Position numbers and translations under genes: made by a program. The notes under the pieces were generated by a model that did not search any database, was not told the DNA's origin, and was given only the letters and a program-made list of their open reading frames with translations. From Gammaproteobacteria bacterium (lineage in GTDB: Bacteria; Pseudomonadota; Gammaproteobacteria; UBA6429; Thiohalophilaceae): DNA of 64,000 nt. Location: contig JAUWUS010000002.1 in NCBI GenBank assembly GCA_030617815.1, forward strand, positions 2,867 through 66,866. The letters are read 5' to 3'. This document shows positions 1 through 9,511 of the stretch, one piece after another. Each line of letters opens with the position of its first letter. The first letter of the stretch is position 1.

Positions 1-3
1 CAT

Positions 4-666
4 ATGAAAAAATTACTTCTTGGTGCATTAGTCGCACTTTTACCCTTAACAGGCTTCGCTGCAACAGTACTTGGTTTTCAAGCCGGTACTGGCAGCTGGT
101 CTCAAACTCCGAGCGGTACGATTATCTCGACCATTGGTGCAGATACTTTAAATGAAACAGAAAAGAACGAAAGTTATACCTATTTTTCATTAGAACACCC
201 TGTTCCTCTTCTCCCAAATTTTAAATACGCCACTGTAGCAGTGACCGCAGCGGGAAATACTGTTAATACAATATTAGACCTTGATCAAACTGACGCAACT
301 CTCTATTACGAAATCCTTGATAATGTTGTCAGTCTGGATTTAGGTGTTACCGCACGAAAAATAGATGGTATTTTCACAACAGGATTAGTACCCAGCAGTA
401 CAACTTTCTCAGGCACAGTGCCGATGATCTATGCTGCTGCAGAAATTCTCTTACCTGCCGGCTTCGCTTTAGTAGCAGAAATTAATACTATTAGCTCAAG
501 CGATGACAATATTACAGATGTTACAGCTAAGCTAACCTATACAACAGACTTTAATCTAGGTATTGAAGTCGGTACAAGAACACAATCCGTAGAAGTTGAC
601 ATCGATGCAGTACAAACTGATATTGAGTTTTCAGGTCTTTTCGCAGGTGTTTATTTTAAATTCTAA
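4..666 (+). CDS. Secreted small outer-membrane beta-barrel-like protein (resembles the TIGR04219-type OMP family)
   Basis: Signal peptide MKKLLLGALVALLPLTGFA. Conserved-looking EHPVPLLPN motif. Beta-rich sequence ending in the aromatic ...GVYFKF typical of an OMP beta-signal. Followed by a hairpin terminator. Confidence 0.55.
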   Translation: MKKLLLGALVALLPLTGFAATVLGFQAGTGSWSQTPSGTIISTIGADTLNETEKNESYTYFSLEHPVPLLPNFKYATVAVTAAGNTVNTILDLDQTDATLYYEILDNVVSLDLGVTARKIDGIFTTGLVPSSTTFSGTVPMIYAAAEILLPAGFALVAEINTISSSDDNITDVTAKLTYTTDFNLGIEVGTRTQSVEVDIDAVQTDIEFSGLFAGVYFKF

Positions 667-687
667 TTTTTAGTTTTAAACAACCTT

Positions 688-719
688 AAAAAATGCCGGG
701 ATTTTCCCGGCATTTTTGT
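688..719 (+). terminator. Rho-independent terminator after the OMP-like gene
   Basis: Stem gccggga/tcccggc (695-701 / 705-711) with loop ttt, flanked by an A-run and followed by a T-run (713-717). Confidence 0.8.
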
Positions 720-803
720 TTGTAAACCTCCAAATACACATTTTATCTACTAAACTATAAGGTATATGCAGATTTCCTTTTCGTCATAAACAGGAGTCTT
801 GAT

Positions 804-1307
804 ATGCGAATTTTTTTTATTCTTATCTTCTTATTTAATACTTCTGTCGTCCTGGCAGAACAAGCTACTTTTGTGCAAACGCCTTATAAAGAACCCAAAG
901 TCGTTTTTGAATTTTATTATGACAACCCAAACAAAATTAATTCTGCTTTATACTGGTTACGCTCCTACATTAATCCTTTAACAGAAGAACCTTACAATTA
1001 CGCACCCGAATTCATGGATATAAAAGTCATTATTCACGGAACTGAAATTGTGACCCTGGCAAAGAAAAATTATGGAAAATATAAAACGGCTGTTGAGAGA
1101 ATGAAGTATTACAGTTTGTTAGGAGTAGAATTTCGAGTTTGTGGCCTGGCCGCAAAAGATTTTGGTTATACCACGAAAGATTTTCAAAATTTTGTAAAAG
1201 TAATACCTTCTGCCATTATTGAACTCGGCCACTGGCAACAGGAAGGTTATGCGATCATCAAACCTGAAATTATGGAAAAAAAATTCAGTATTGAAGAAAT
1301 ACGTTAA
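804..1307 (+). CDS. DsrE/DsrF-like family protein with N-terminal signal peptide
   Basis: Signal-like N-terminus MRIFFILIFLFNTSVVLAEQ. The core KVVFEFYYDNP...IKVIIHGTEI...VEFRVCGLAAKDFG resembles the COG1416/DsrE-like fold with its conserved Cys. AGGAG SD lies upstream. Confidence 0.55.
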   Translation: MRIFFILIFLFNTSVVLAEQATFVQTPYKEPKVVFEFYYDNPNKINSALYWLRSYINPLTEEPYNYAPEFMDIKVIIHGTEIVTLAKKNYGKYKTAVERMKYYSLLGVEFRVCGLAAKDFGYTTKDFQNFVKVIPSAIIELGHWQQEGYAIIKPEIMEKKFSIEEIR

Positions 1308-1383
1308 GCGCTCTTTTTAAATAGTCGTTCTGTAAATCCTGTAGTAGAATACGGTTTGTTTAGTAATATATTGACCTTAATAA

Positions 1384-4300
1384 ATGAATCATTCCAGCTC
1401 TGCCCTTAACTCCCCTTTTAAACCTGTACGCCCTGCAAAAGCAGGTTTCCGTAGCCAATGGGGTAAACTTTACGGTAGCAGTTACGGGCTAGTATTGAGC
1501 ACAACTGCGGCGCAGCATTCAGGGCCTGTTTTAGTTATTACCGCGGATATGGCCTCAGCGCAACGTCTGCAATATTCATTGCGTTTTTATATGACGCAAA
1601 AAGATATCTCAATACTGCAATTTCCTGACTGGGAAACATTACCTTACGATAGATTCTCTCCGCATCAGGATATCATTTCAGAACGTTTAACCACCTTATC
1701 CAGACTGCCTGATTTAACCCAGGGTATTTTGATTGCACCTATACAAACACTGATGCATCGCATTGCTCCCAAAAGTTATCTTGATGGTTTTTGTTTATCT
1801 TTAAAATTAGAACAGCATTTTAATTTAGATGAAATGAGACTACGTTTGGAGCACAGTGGTTACAACTGTGTCTCATCTGTTATGGAGCATGGCGAATTTG
1901 CTGTTCGTGGCAGTTTATTTGATCTTTTTCCAATGGGCAGTAAACATCCTTACCGAATAGAACTGTTTGATGATGAAATTGAAAGCATTCGAACCTTTAA
2001 TCCGGAAACCCAGCTATCCATCGAAAAAGTCAGCCAGATTAAACTATTACCTGCACGTGAGTTTCCTTTAAACAAAGATGCGATTGCAAAATTCAGGACT
2101 GCTTTTCGCGCACGTTTTGAAGGCGACCCACAGCAAACAAACATATATCGAGATGTAACAAATGGACTCGCATCCCCCGGTATTGAATATTACTTACCGT
2201 TATTTTTTGAAGAAACAATTAGCCTGTTTGATTATTTACCTGATTCAACATTGCTCATTACTGCCGATGACGTAAATACGGAAGTTGAAACATTCTGGTC
2301 AGAAATTAATGAACGGTATGAACAAGGCAGACATGATCTTGAGCATCCATTGTTACAACCCGATGAAGTTTTTATACCAGTTAATGAAGTGTTCAGTCAC
2401 TTCAAACGATTCCCGCGGGTTGAACTGCAACATTATGAATATGAAAATACGCAAGCAATAAACTTTGCCACAGAAGCACCTCCTCCACTGACTTTTGATG
2501 TTCGTGCCAGTGAAGCGGCCGCAGCTTTAAAACAATTTCTTAATAACTTTAACGGCCAGGTATTATTTGCCGCTGAAACAACCGGACGACGCGAAACACT
2601 GATCGAGATGTTACGTGACAATGATATTCAGCCTAAAACAGTAGCAAACTGGCAGGAGTTTATTACAGACAAACATCAGCTTGCTATCACAGTTGCCCCG
2701 CTTGATGATGGATTGCTGCTAAGTAATCCCGCTATAGCCGTTATTGCTGAGCCACAACTATTTGGCTTACAAGTATTACAACGCCGGCGACGTAAAAAAT
2801 CGTTACGTGATACTGACAGTATTGTTAAAAATTTAGCCGAGCTAACTTTAAACGCACCTGTAGTTCATGAGGATTATGGTGTCGGTCGTTATCTTGGTTT
2901 ACAAACATTAACCATTGGTGAACTGGATACAGAATTTTTAACACTGGAATATGCGAATAATGACAAACTCTATGTTCCGGTTAGTTCATTACATCTTATT
3001 AGCCGTTATACAGGTGCATCGCCAGAGAACGCCCCGCTACATCGTTTAGGCAGTGGACAGTGGGAAAAAGCGAAAAAGAAAGCCCGCGAACAAGTACATG
3101 ATGTTGCCGCAGAGTTACTGGATATTTATGCTCGGCGTGAAGCACAAACGGGCTTTGCTTACACTATTGATGAAATGCAATATCAGGCCTTTGCAGCAGG
3201 TTTTCCTTTTGAAGAAACACCCGATCAGCAAACCGCCATTGATAATGTTATTCGTGACATGCGATCAGCAAAACCAATGGATCAACTCATCTGTGGCGAT
3301 GTTGGTTTTGGTAAAACAGAAGTCGCCATGCGTGCGGCTTTTATTGCTGTGCAGGCGGGAAAACAAGTAGCCGTTTTAGCACCGACAACATTATTAACCC
3401 AGCAACATACCGAAAACTTTCGTGATCGCTTTGCTGACTGGCCGGTACAGATTGAATCGTTATCGCGTTTTAGTACGAAAAAAGAACAAACACAAGTTCT
3501 AAAAGATTTAGACGCAGGTAAAGTTGATATCGTTATCGGCACACATAAATTACTGCAAGCAGATGTTAAATATAAAAATCTTGGTCTTGTGGTAATAGAT
3601 GAAGAACATCGTTTTGGTGTACGACAAAAAGAAATATTCAAATCACTGCGTTCAGAAATTGATATCTTAACCTTAACCGCAACACCGATCCCGCGGACAT
3701 TAAACATGGCAATGTCTGGCTTACGTGAATTATCCATTATCGCCAGTCCACCGGCAAAACGTCTCGCAATTAAAACATTCGTTACCGAGTGGAAAGACGA
3801 CATGATCAAAGAAGCCTGCTTGCGTGAAATAAAACGTGGCGGGCAAGTTTATTTTTTACACAATGATGTTGCGACGATTGATAAGCAAAGACATAAATTA
3901 GCCGAGCTTATTCCGGAAGCCAATGTACAATTTGCACACGGCCAAATGCGCGAACGTGAACTGGAACGGGTCATGTCTGATTTTTATCATCAACGTTTTA
4001 ATATTCTTGTTTGTACTACCATTATTGAAACCGGTATTGATATCCCAAGTGCCAATACCATCATCATAAACAAAGCGGATCGTTTTGGTTTAGCACAACT
4101 TTATCAATTACGCGGCCGTGTTGGCCGTTCTCATCATCGTGCTTACGCCTATTTAATAACTCCTAAACGCAAAACATTAACTTCTGATGCTAAAAAACGT
4201 CTTGAAGCAATTGAATCCATTGAATCCTTAGGAACCGGTTTTACCCTGGCGACACACGATCTTGAAATCCGCGGTGCAGGTGAGTTGCTGGGCGATGGTC

Positions 4301-4845
4301 AAAGCGGGCAAATGATAGAAATTGGTTTTAGCATGTACACTGAACTACTGGAACGTGCAGTGACAGCATTAAAACAAGGTAAAGTTCCTGATCTTGATAA
4401 ACCACTGCATCAAGGCGCAGAAATTGATTTGCATGTTCCCGCCCTAATCCCCAACGATTACATTCCCGATGTTCACGAACGACTCATTATGTATAAACGA
4501 ATCGCCAACGCCGCAGATATAAATGAATTAAAAGAATTACAGGTTGAAATGATCGACCGGTTTGGCTTATTACCTGAACCCGTTAAAACATTGCACCAGG
4601 TAACAGAACTTAAATTAAGCGCAGCAAAACTCGGTATTAAAAAGATTGATTATGGTCAGGAATGTGGTCGCATTATATTTGTCGAACAACCTGATATTGA
4701 TCCTATGAAAATAATTAGGCTTATTCAAAGCCAATCCAACACCTACAAGCTTGACGGAAATGATAAATTACGTTTGTTGAAACCTATTATTAATCTTGAA
4801 TTTAGAATTAAAGCTTTAGAAGAGTTATTTGAATATCTTTCATAG
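1384..4845 (+). CDS. mfd: Transcription-repair coupling factor Mfd
   Basis: 1153 aa. Superfamily-2 helicase motifs GDVGFGKTEVA and DEEHRFG, TRCF/CarD-like middle region, and a length typical of Mfd. Confidence 0.97.
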   Translation: MNHSSSALNSPFKPVRPAKAGFRSQWGKLYGSSYGLVLSTTAAQHSGPVLVITADMASAQRLQYSLRFYMTQKDISILQFPDWETLPYDRFSPHQDIISERLTTLSRLPDLTQGILIAPIQTLMHRIAPKSYLDGFCLSLKLEQHFNLDEMRLRLEHSGYNCVSSVMEHGEFAVRGSLFDLFPMGSKHPYRIELFDDEIESIRTFNPETQLSIEKVSQIKLLPAREFPLNKDAIAKFRTAFRARFEGDPQQTNIYRDVTNGLASPGIEYYLPLFFEETISLFDYLPDSTLLITADDVNTEVETFWSEINERYEQGRHDLEHPLLQPDEVFIPVNEVFSHFKRFPRVELQHYEYENTQAINFATEAPPPLTFDVRASEAAAALKQFLNNFNGQVLFAAETTGRRETLIEMLRDNDIQPKTVANWQEFITDKHQLAITVAPLDDGLLLSNPAIAVIAEPQLFGLQVLQRRRRKKSLRDTDSIVKNLAELTLNAPVVHEDYGVGRYLGLQTLTIGELDTEFLTLEYANNDKLYVPVSSLHLISRYTGASPENAPLHRLGSGQWEKAKKKAREQVHDVAAELLDIYARREAQTGFAYTIDEMQYQAFAAGFPFEETPDQQTAIDNVIRDMRSAKPMDQLICGDVGFGKTEVAMRAAFIAVQAGKQVAVLAPTTLLTQQHTENFRDRFADWPVQIESLSRFSTKKEQTQVLKDLDAGKVDIVIGTHKLLQADVKYKNLGLVVIDEEHRFGVRQKEIFKSLRSEIDILTLTATPIPRTLNMAMSGLRELSIIASPPAKRLAIKTFVTEWKDDMIKEACLREIKRGGQVYFLHNDVATIDKQRHKLAELIPEANVQFAHGQMRERELERVMSDFYHQRFNILVCTTIIETGIDIPSANTIIINKADRFGLAQLYQLRGRVGRSHHRAYAYLITPKRKTLTSDAKKRLEAIESIESLGTGFTLATHDLEIRGAGELLGDGQSGQMIEIGFSMYTELLERAVTALKQGKVPDLDKPLHQGAEIDLHVPALIPNDYIPDVHERLIMYKRIANAADINELKELQVEMIDRFGLLPEPVKTLHQVTELKLSAAKLGIKKIDYGQECGRIIFVEQPDIDPMKIIRLIQSQSNTYKLDGNDKLRLLKPIINLEFRIKALEELFEYLS

Positions 4846-4880
4846 ACGACTGACTGTTTATAGCAGCAAATTAAAACAAG

Positions 4881-6167
4881 CTAAAAAAAATAACGTAAGC
4901 GAAACTCGTATTTCTGTTCATTACGTTTCTCTATAAACTCACTATTATTATCACCATAAAGAAGGGTCGCTTTAAAACGAAGTTCAAGGTTCTCTAAACC
5001 CGTGTACATAATTTCGGGTAATAAAGAATAGCTGTTATCACCAAGATTATAGATAACAGTCATTGCCGGAACAAAGTACACCCAGTCAAATGGTTCCTTA
5101 GTGCTGAGTCGAAGGTACAGGTATTCTTTACCGGGATTTCGTGTAAGAAAAGTTTTTGATCCAACTGTTGCGAGTGTTGTTAACAAAGCCGTATTATTGC
5201 TCGCACTAGCACTATCCACAGCAGTAAAAAAAGATTTCATTTCGGATGTGGAATAACCGCTATTATTTCTATAATACTCAGCAATAATAGTGGTGTCATT
5301 ATCTGTTAGATAACGTAACCCCAATAACCAGCGTGTGGTTGAATCAGTTTCACTACTAATAATGCCGCTGTCTGATACGAATTGTGTAGTAACCTTATCA
5401 AAATAAGCCCATTCGCCATGCACTTCAAATTTAGTGTTTATATTTTTTGCAAAATCAAATCCATAACGTAAACTACGACTACCTTGATTTAGAAAAACAA
5501 TGTCAATGTCTGTATCTTTATAAAGCAGGTAAAGCTTTGCGGCAATGTTATTACTCTCAACTTGACCAAAGTCCTCATTTATTTTATCTGTAACTGGTAA
5601 GAAGACAGGTGTAAAAGCAAGAGTCTTGATATCACCGGTAAAACTTTTAATGATATCTGCTGTGGCAACGACATAACCTTCACGTGAAATATAGGGGTCA
5701 TTTGGATCTTTTGGGCGTTCAACAAAACCCACTGGGTTCCAGGCGTATCCTTTACCCCATTTTATGGCTTTTTTCCCCGTCTCTAGAGTGATACCCGTAG
5801 CAGGTTGATATGTGGCGACTGCTTCATAGAGAACACCTTGTTGTTCACTAACAAGCTCATTATCGTAAGCCTCTGCATGAAAATTAAAACGTGCTTGCCA
5901 CTTATCCTGCTTGTAGTCGCCGTTGAGTTCTATTATACCCGTGTGTTGTGTGAGCGAATCAGGGGGTGTTTGATTAATAAAAAAGAGAACGTTGGCAGCA
6001 GCGTCTTGATTGAGCTTCTGATAATTCAATGAATAATCAAAATAACCACCCAGACGATAGTTTTTCTTTTGGTATGAAGATACATCAAAACTGAATTCTT
6101 CGGCTGCTATACTGTAGCCAGACAGAAGAAACAACATCAGCATGAAAACATGCTGTGACACTTTCAT
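4881..6167 (-). CDS. Predicted outer-membrane beta-barrel protein, family not recognised
   Basis: Signal peptide MKVSQHVFMLMLFLLSGYSIAA, beta-strand-rich sequence, C-terminal ...YEFRLRYFF. Its start overlaps the upstream stop (ATGA at 6164-6167). Confidence 0.55.
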   Translation of the reverse strand: MKVSQHVFMLMLFLLSGYSIAAEEFSFDVSSYQKKNYRLGGYFDYSLNYQKLNQDAAANVLFFINQTPPDSLTQHTGIIELNGDYKQDKWQARFNFHAEAYDNELVSEQQGVLYEAVATYQPATGITLETGKKAIKWGKGYAWNPVGFVERPKDPNDPYISREGYVVATADIIKSFTGDIKTLAFTPVFLPVTDKINEDFGQVESNNIAAKLYLLYKDTDIDIVFLNQGSRSLRYGFDFAKNINTKFEVHGEWAYFDKVTTQFVSDSGIISSETDSTTRWLLGLRYLTDNDTTIIAEYYRNNSGYSTSEMKSFFTAVDSASASNNTALLTTLATVGSKTFLTRNPGKEYLYLRLSTKEPFDWVYFVPAMTVIYNLGDNSYSLLPEIMYTGLENLELRFKATLLYGDNNSEFIEKRNEQKYEFRLRYFF

Positions 6168-6904
6168 CGTAAACTTTCAATTCGAGACATGTAATTGAGC
6201 GTAAAGACTTCATCCGCAAATGTGCGTTTCTTAATGTTAGAAAACAACATGATCGATTGATAACCCTGATAAAGTGGGCTATCAGTTTGTAACATGGAGG
6301 GCCGAATGATACCGTTACCAAAATCTTTAATTTTCGAATAATGGAGTGTTTTAATTAATAACCCACTCGCAGCATAAGCCTCTATTTTTGTTGGTACCAG
6401 GTTTTTCTTTTCAACCCACATTTTTAAACGATCATAAGCAACGCTATTGGTTTTAGCTTTCAACTCTAGAATATGTTTATCCTCATCGTTTACCAGACTG
6501 ATTATATTATATTCCTGACTATAATCCAGGCGCAGGATATCGGAATTATTGAAGACACCTCCAACAACTGATTGTAAGCTGGTGATACGTAAAGGTTTGC
6601 CCACATTGGGGATATACAACCACATGTTATCGCCATCACGTAGTGAGCTACGCCCTTTTTCACTAGGCGGATCGAGAAACAAGGCAACCATCTTATCTCG
6701 CCCTTTTTTAATACTATAAAGAACAAATTCTTTTCGGTCACCGTCAGGTTCAAGGTTGATCAATTTGCGATACATTTCATAGGATTCAGGTTGTAAGTTA
6801 CGATCTACTTTTTTTAATATCGTTGTACCATCATCTGCAAAAGAAGTACTTGTTAATAAAGCCACAATAATATAAAAAGTTAATAAGCATATTTTTATGC
6901 GCAT
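6164..6904 (-). CDS. Outer membrane lipoprotein-sorting protein (LolA-like family)
   Basis: Signal peptide. The sequence ILKKVDRNL...FVLYSIKKGRDKMVALFLDPPSEKGRSSLRDGDNMWLYIPNVGKPLRI matches my recollection of the LolA_like family that accompanies FtsX-type ABC transporters. Confidence 0.7.
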   Translation of the reverse strand: MRIKICLLTFYIIVALLTSTSFADDGTTILKKVDRNLQPESYEMYRKLINLEPDGDRKEFVLYSIKKGRDKMVALFLDPPSEKGRSSLRDGDNMWLYIPNVGKPLRITSLQSVVGGVFNNSDILRLDYSQEYNIISLVNDEDKHILELKAKTNSVAYDRLKMWVEKKNLVPTKIEAYAASGLLIKTLHYSKIKDFGNGIIRPSMLQTDSPLYQGYQSIMLFSNIKKRTFADEVFTLNYMSRIESLR

Positions 6905-6932
6905 AATTTTATTCTCTTAAAGTATGAATATA

Positions 6933-8180
6933 TTAGAAATGACGTAACGCCTCGATAGGATCCATTCGAGATGCTTTCCATGCAGGTTGTAAGCTAGCGA
7001 GTACAGCAACCAAAATCACAACCATTGAAATCATGAGTACTTCATTCATATCCAAGGTTGGTTGAAGAACAAGATTCTCCTGTCGGCCAAACGAAAACGA
7101 AATAGTTTTGACGTTCATAATATAAACAACTATAAAACTAATCACTGAACCAATAAACGCGCCAAGAATCCCCAGCAACAAACCTTCAGTAACAAATAAC
7201 GAAAGTATACGTGAAGGTATTGTACCAATTGCTGCAATGGTACCGATTTCGTTTATACGTTCATATACCGCCATCAGCATCACATTCATAATACTAATTA
7301 ATACGATAGCAACAAGCATCACCTTAATGAAGAGATCAAGCATATCAATCATTTTAGCAATATTAGAAAACGGTGAGAGCTTTTCCCACGTGTGTACGTC
7401 AAACGCGGGTTTGCCTGCCTTGTTAATAAACTGTCCGAAATAAGTACTCATTTCTTTGTGAATTTTACTCAGGTTTTTTGATGACTTCAGACGAATAGCA
7501 ATTTCACTAATTTCATTATCTTCCATGCGTAACAAATTGCGAGCATCGTCCACATGCATGTAACCATCACGCCCACCCGGTCCAGAGATACCTTCAAGCA
7601 CACCGCGTATCACAAATGTATTACCATTGACTGAACCTTCACGATTAGTAGCAACAATCACTATTGAGTCACCCACTTTAACTTTGAGCCCTTTAGCAAT
7701 CAATTCAGGGATCACTATTTTTCCCGGTTCAACAAATGCTGCTTCGCGATCACCTTGTATTAATCTTCCGGGTAATAACGGAGAAGTCGCAATTTCCATT
7801 TCCGGGTCAATAGAATTAAATCGAATACTCGTAGTTTCTTTAAAGTTACTAAACATAGCGCCAAATTTAATGCGTGTCGTCCAGGCTTCTATATCATCAC
7901 GCTCACTAAGATAATCGGTAACTTTCTCTACCATGGCCGGTTTCATATTTAATGTCAAAGGTAAGCTTTCGATAGAGGCAACGTAACCCTTTTTGTGGAT
8001 CTGAATATGGCCAAGCATGGAGTCTGTAATCTGGCCAACCATCAATGCACGAAAAGATCCTGACAAGGAAATAAACAACAAAACAGCCACAATACCGATA
8101 GTAATAAGCATAGTAGTAAGTATTGTTCTGCGTCGGTAGCGCATCAAATTTTTAGAAGCAATTTTAAGGATATTCATCAT
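6933..8180 (-). CDS. ABC transporter permease, FtsX/MacB-type
   Basis: 415 aa with one N-terminal TM, a large periplasmic domain and three C-terminal TMs. N-terminus KNLMRYRRRTILT is typical of the FtsX family. ATGA overlap with the ATPase gene at 8177-8180. Confidence 0.85.
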   Translation of the reverse strand: MMNILKIASKNLMRYRRRTILTTMLITIGIVAVLLFISLSGSFRALMVGQITDSMLGHIQIHKKGYVASIESLPLTLNMKPAMVEKVTDYLSERDDIEAWTTRIKFGAMFSNFKETTSIRFNSIDPEMEIATSPLLPGRLIQGDREAAFVEPGKIVIPELIAKGLKVKVGDSIVIVATNREGSVNGNTFVIRGVLEGISGPGGRDGYMHVDDARNLLRMEDNEISEIAIRLKSSKNLSKIHKEMSTYFGQFINKAGKPAFDVHTWEKLSPFSNIAKMIDMLDLFIKVMLVAIVLISIMNVMLMAVYERINEIGTIAAIGTIPSRILSLFVTEGLLLGILGAFIGSVISFIVVYIMNVKTISFSFGRQENLVLQPTLDMNEVLMISMVVILVAVLASLQPAWKASRMDPIEALRHF

Positions 8181-8869
8181 GATGCCAACTCCTCTTTGTT
8201 TTCGATACTTCCATCAACAAGAGTATAAATAACTTCGGCTTCTGCCATTATTTTTGGATCATGTGTCGAAAATATAAATGTTGTATCAAACTTTTCGCGC
8301 ATTGATTTCATTAAATCAATAACACGGTGAGCGGTGGCACTATCTAAGTTGGCCGTTGGCTCATCTGCAAGTACTAATTTTGCATTTGTAACAAGTGCCC
8401 TCGCGATGGCCACTCGTTGTTTCTGTCCACCAGACAGCTGACTTGGAAGCTTGTCTGCTTGTTCCTTCATCCCAACGGCATCAAGTAATTCCAACACTTG
8501 TTCACGACGTTTTGCGGCCGCCCAGTTTTGCACCATGATAAGTGGGTACTCCACATTTTCATAAACAGATAGAACCGGGATCAAATTAAAATCCTGAAAT
8601 ACAAAACCAATATTCTCCCCCCTGAAAATAGCGGCTTCTTTCTGACTCAATGAAGTAACGTCAGTACTAGCAACATGTAACTCACCACAACTTGGCGAGT
8701 CCAGGCAACCAATCATATTTAATAATGTGCTCTTGCCGCTACCCGACGGACCAACAAAACTCACAAATGAACCCGCATCAATGTTAAAGCTGGCTTCTTT
8801 GATAGCCTTTACTGCAATATCACCGGCTTGGTAAGTCTTGCAAAGGCCGTTTGCTTCAATAAGTGACAT
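8177..8869 (-). CDS. ABC transporter ATP-binding protein (LolD/MacB-type)
   Basis: Walker A GPSGSGKST, ABC signature LSGGQKQR, Walker B LVLADEPT, H-loop STHD. Confidence 0.93.
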   Translation of the reverse strand: MSLIEANGLCKTYQAGDIAVKAIKEASFNIDAGSFVSFVGPSGSGKSTLLNMIGCLDSPSCGELHVASTDVTSLSQKEAAIFRGENIGFVFQDFNLIPVLSVYENVEYPLIMVQNWAAAKRREQVLELLDAVGMKEQADKLPSQLSGGQKQRVAIARALVTNAKLVLADEPTANLDSATAHRVIDLMKSMREKFDTTFIFSTHDPKIMAEAEVIYTLVDGSIENKEELAS

Positions 8870-9142
8870 ATGGAGCTTCCTTAGTTTGAGACAACTTATC
8901 TTAGTTTTCTTCTAACCATATTAATTTTATGTCTTCAAGGTGTGGAATACTTAAGTAAGCCATAATATTATTATCAGAATAAAACACATACTTAATAGAC
9001 TGCCTATACTGTTTATAGAACATTCAGTAATGATGATCTATATCATAACTACTATTTAATTAAACTGTTATAAATATGTTTCTTTAAATGGCTTTTAAAA
9101 TTAAGAGGTGAATGATTACAATGGGTCATAAAATCTGTTGTA

Positions 9143-9511
9143 TTAAAAAAGCCAACCCACAGTTCGTGTTAAGGCTACACCCACAATATAATTAAACGTT
9201 AACAATGCTAATATAAAAAAAATCACCTTATTTTTTATTTCTTTGGCGCGTTTTAAAGCAAACATGCCAAAACCAATATAAAAAAACAAAGCAACTAATT
9301 TAGCGGTTAGCCAATCATGAGTAAAAGGATATTGATGGATTCCCATCGCCAGAAAAACAGCGGTGATCAATAAAGCCGTGTCATTAACATGTGGTAGTAT
9401 TTTCACCCATTTTTTCGTCATCATTGGTGATTCTCTAAATACCCAAAAACCACGAAGCATAAATAAACTAATACTGATAAAAGCTGTGCTCATATGAATG
9501 AGTTTAATCAC
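9143..9511 (-). CDS. SirB family (SirB2/YchQ-like) membrane protein
   Basis: 122 aa with 4 TMs. N-terminus IKLIHMSTAFISISLFMLRG is typical of the SirB family. 4-nt overlap with def. Confidence 0.7.
   Translation of the reverse strand: MIKLIHMSTAFISISLFMLRGFWVFRESPMMTKKWVKILPHVNDTALLITAVFLAMGIHQYPFTHDWLTAKLVALFFYIGFGMFALKRAKEIKNKVIFFILALLTFNYIVGVALTRTVGWLF

Noticed and set aside
799-981. 60-aa ORF in an alternative frame over the start of the DsrE-like gene.
   Set aside because: It overlaps the longer ORF, which has an SD, a signal peptide and a recognisable fold. It has no independent support.
3282-3809. 175-aa ORF antisense to mfd. Similar long antisense ORFs are at 22781-23188 (in lepB), 30441-30782 (in nadB), 52855-53298 (in folP), 57336-57758 (in greA), 60565-60834 (in carB) and 62631-62990 (in dapB).
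   Set aside because: Each lies entirely inside a strongly supported, motif-rich gene on the opposite strand. They have low-complexity Ser/Arg/Leu-rich translations and no SD or recognisable domain. They are typical shadow ORFs.
8870-9142. 273-bp AT-rich spacer upstream of the ABC operon, considered as a possible sRNA or riboswitch.
   Set aside because: I found no stable conserved-looking structure, repeat or terminator by eye. It is most simply a promoter and leader region.
9109-9192. 27-codon ORF (MITMGHKICCIKKANPQFVLRLHPQYN) preceded by AAGAGG in the long spacer upstream of the ABC operon.
   Set aside because: The SD-to-ATG spacing is too short. The ORF runs antisense into the 3' end of the sirB-like gene, and there is no conservation evidence.
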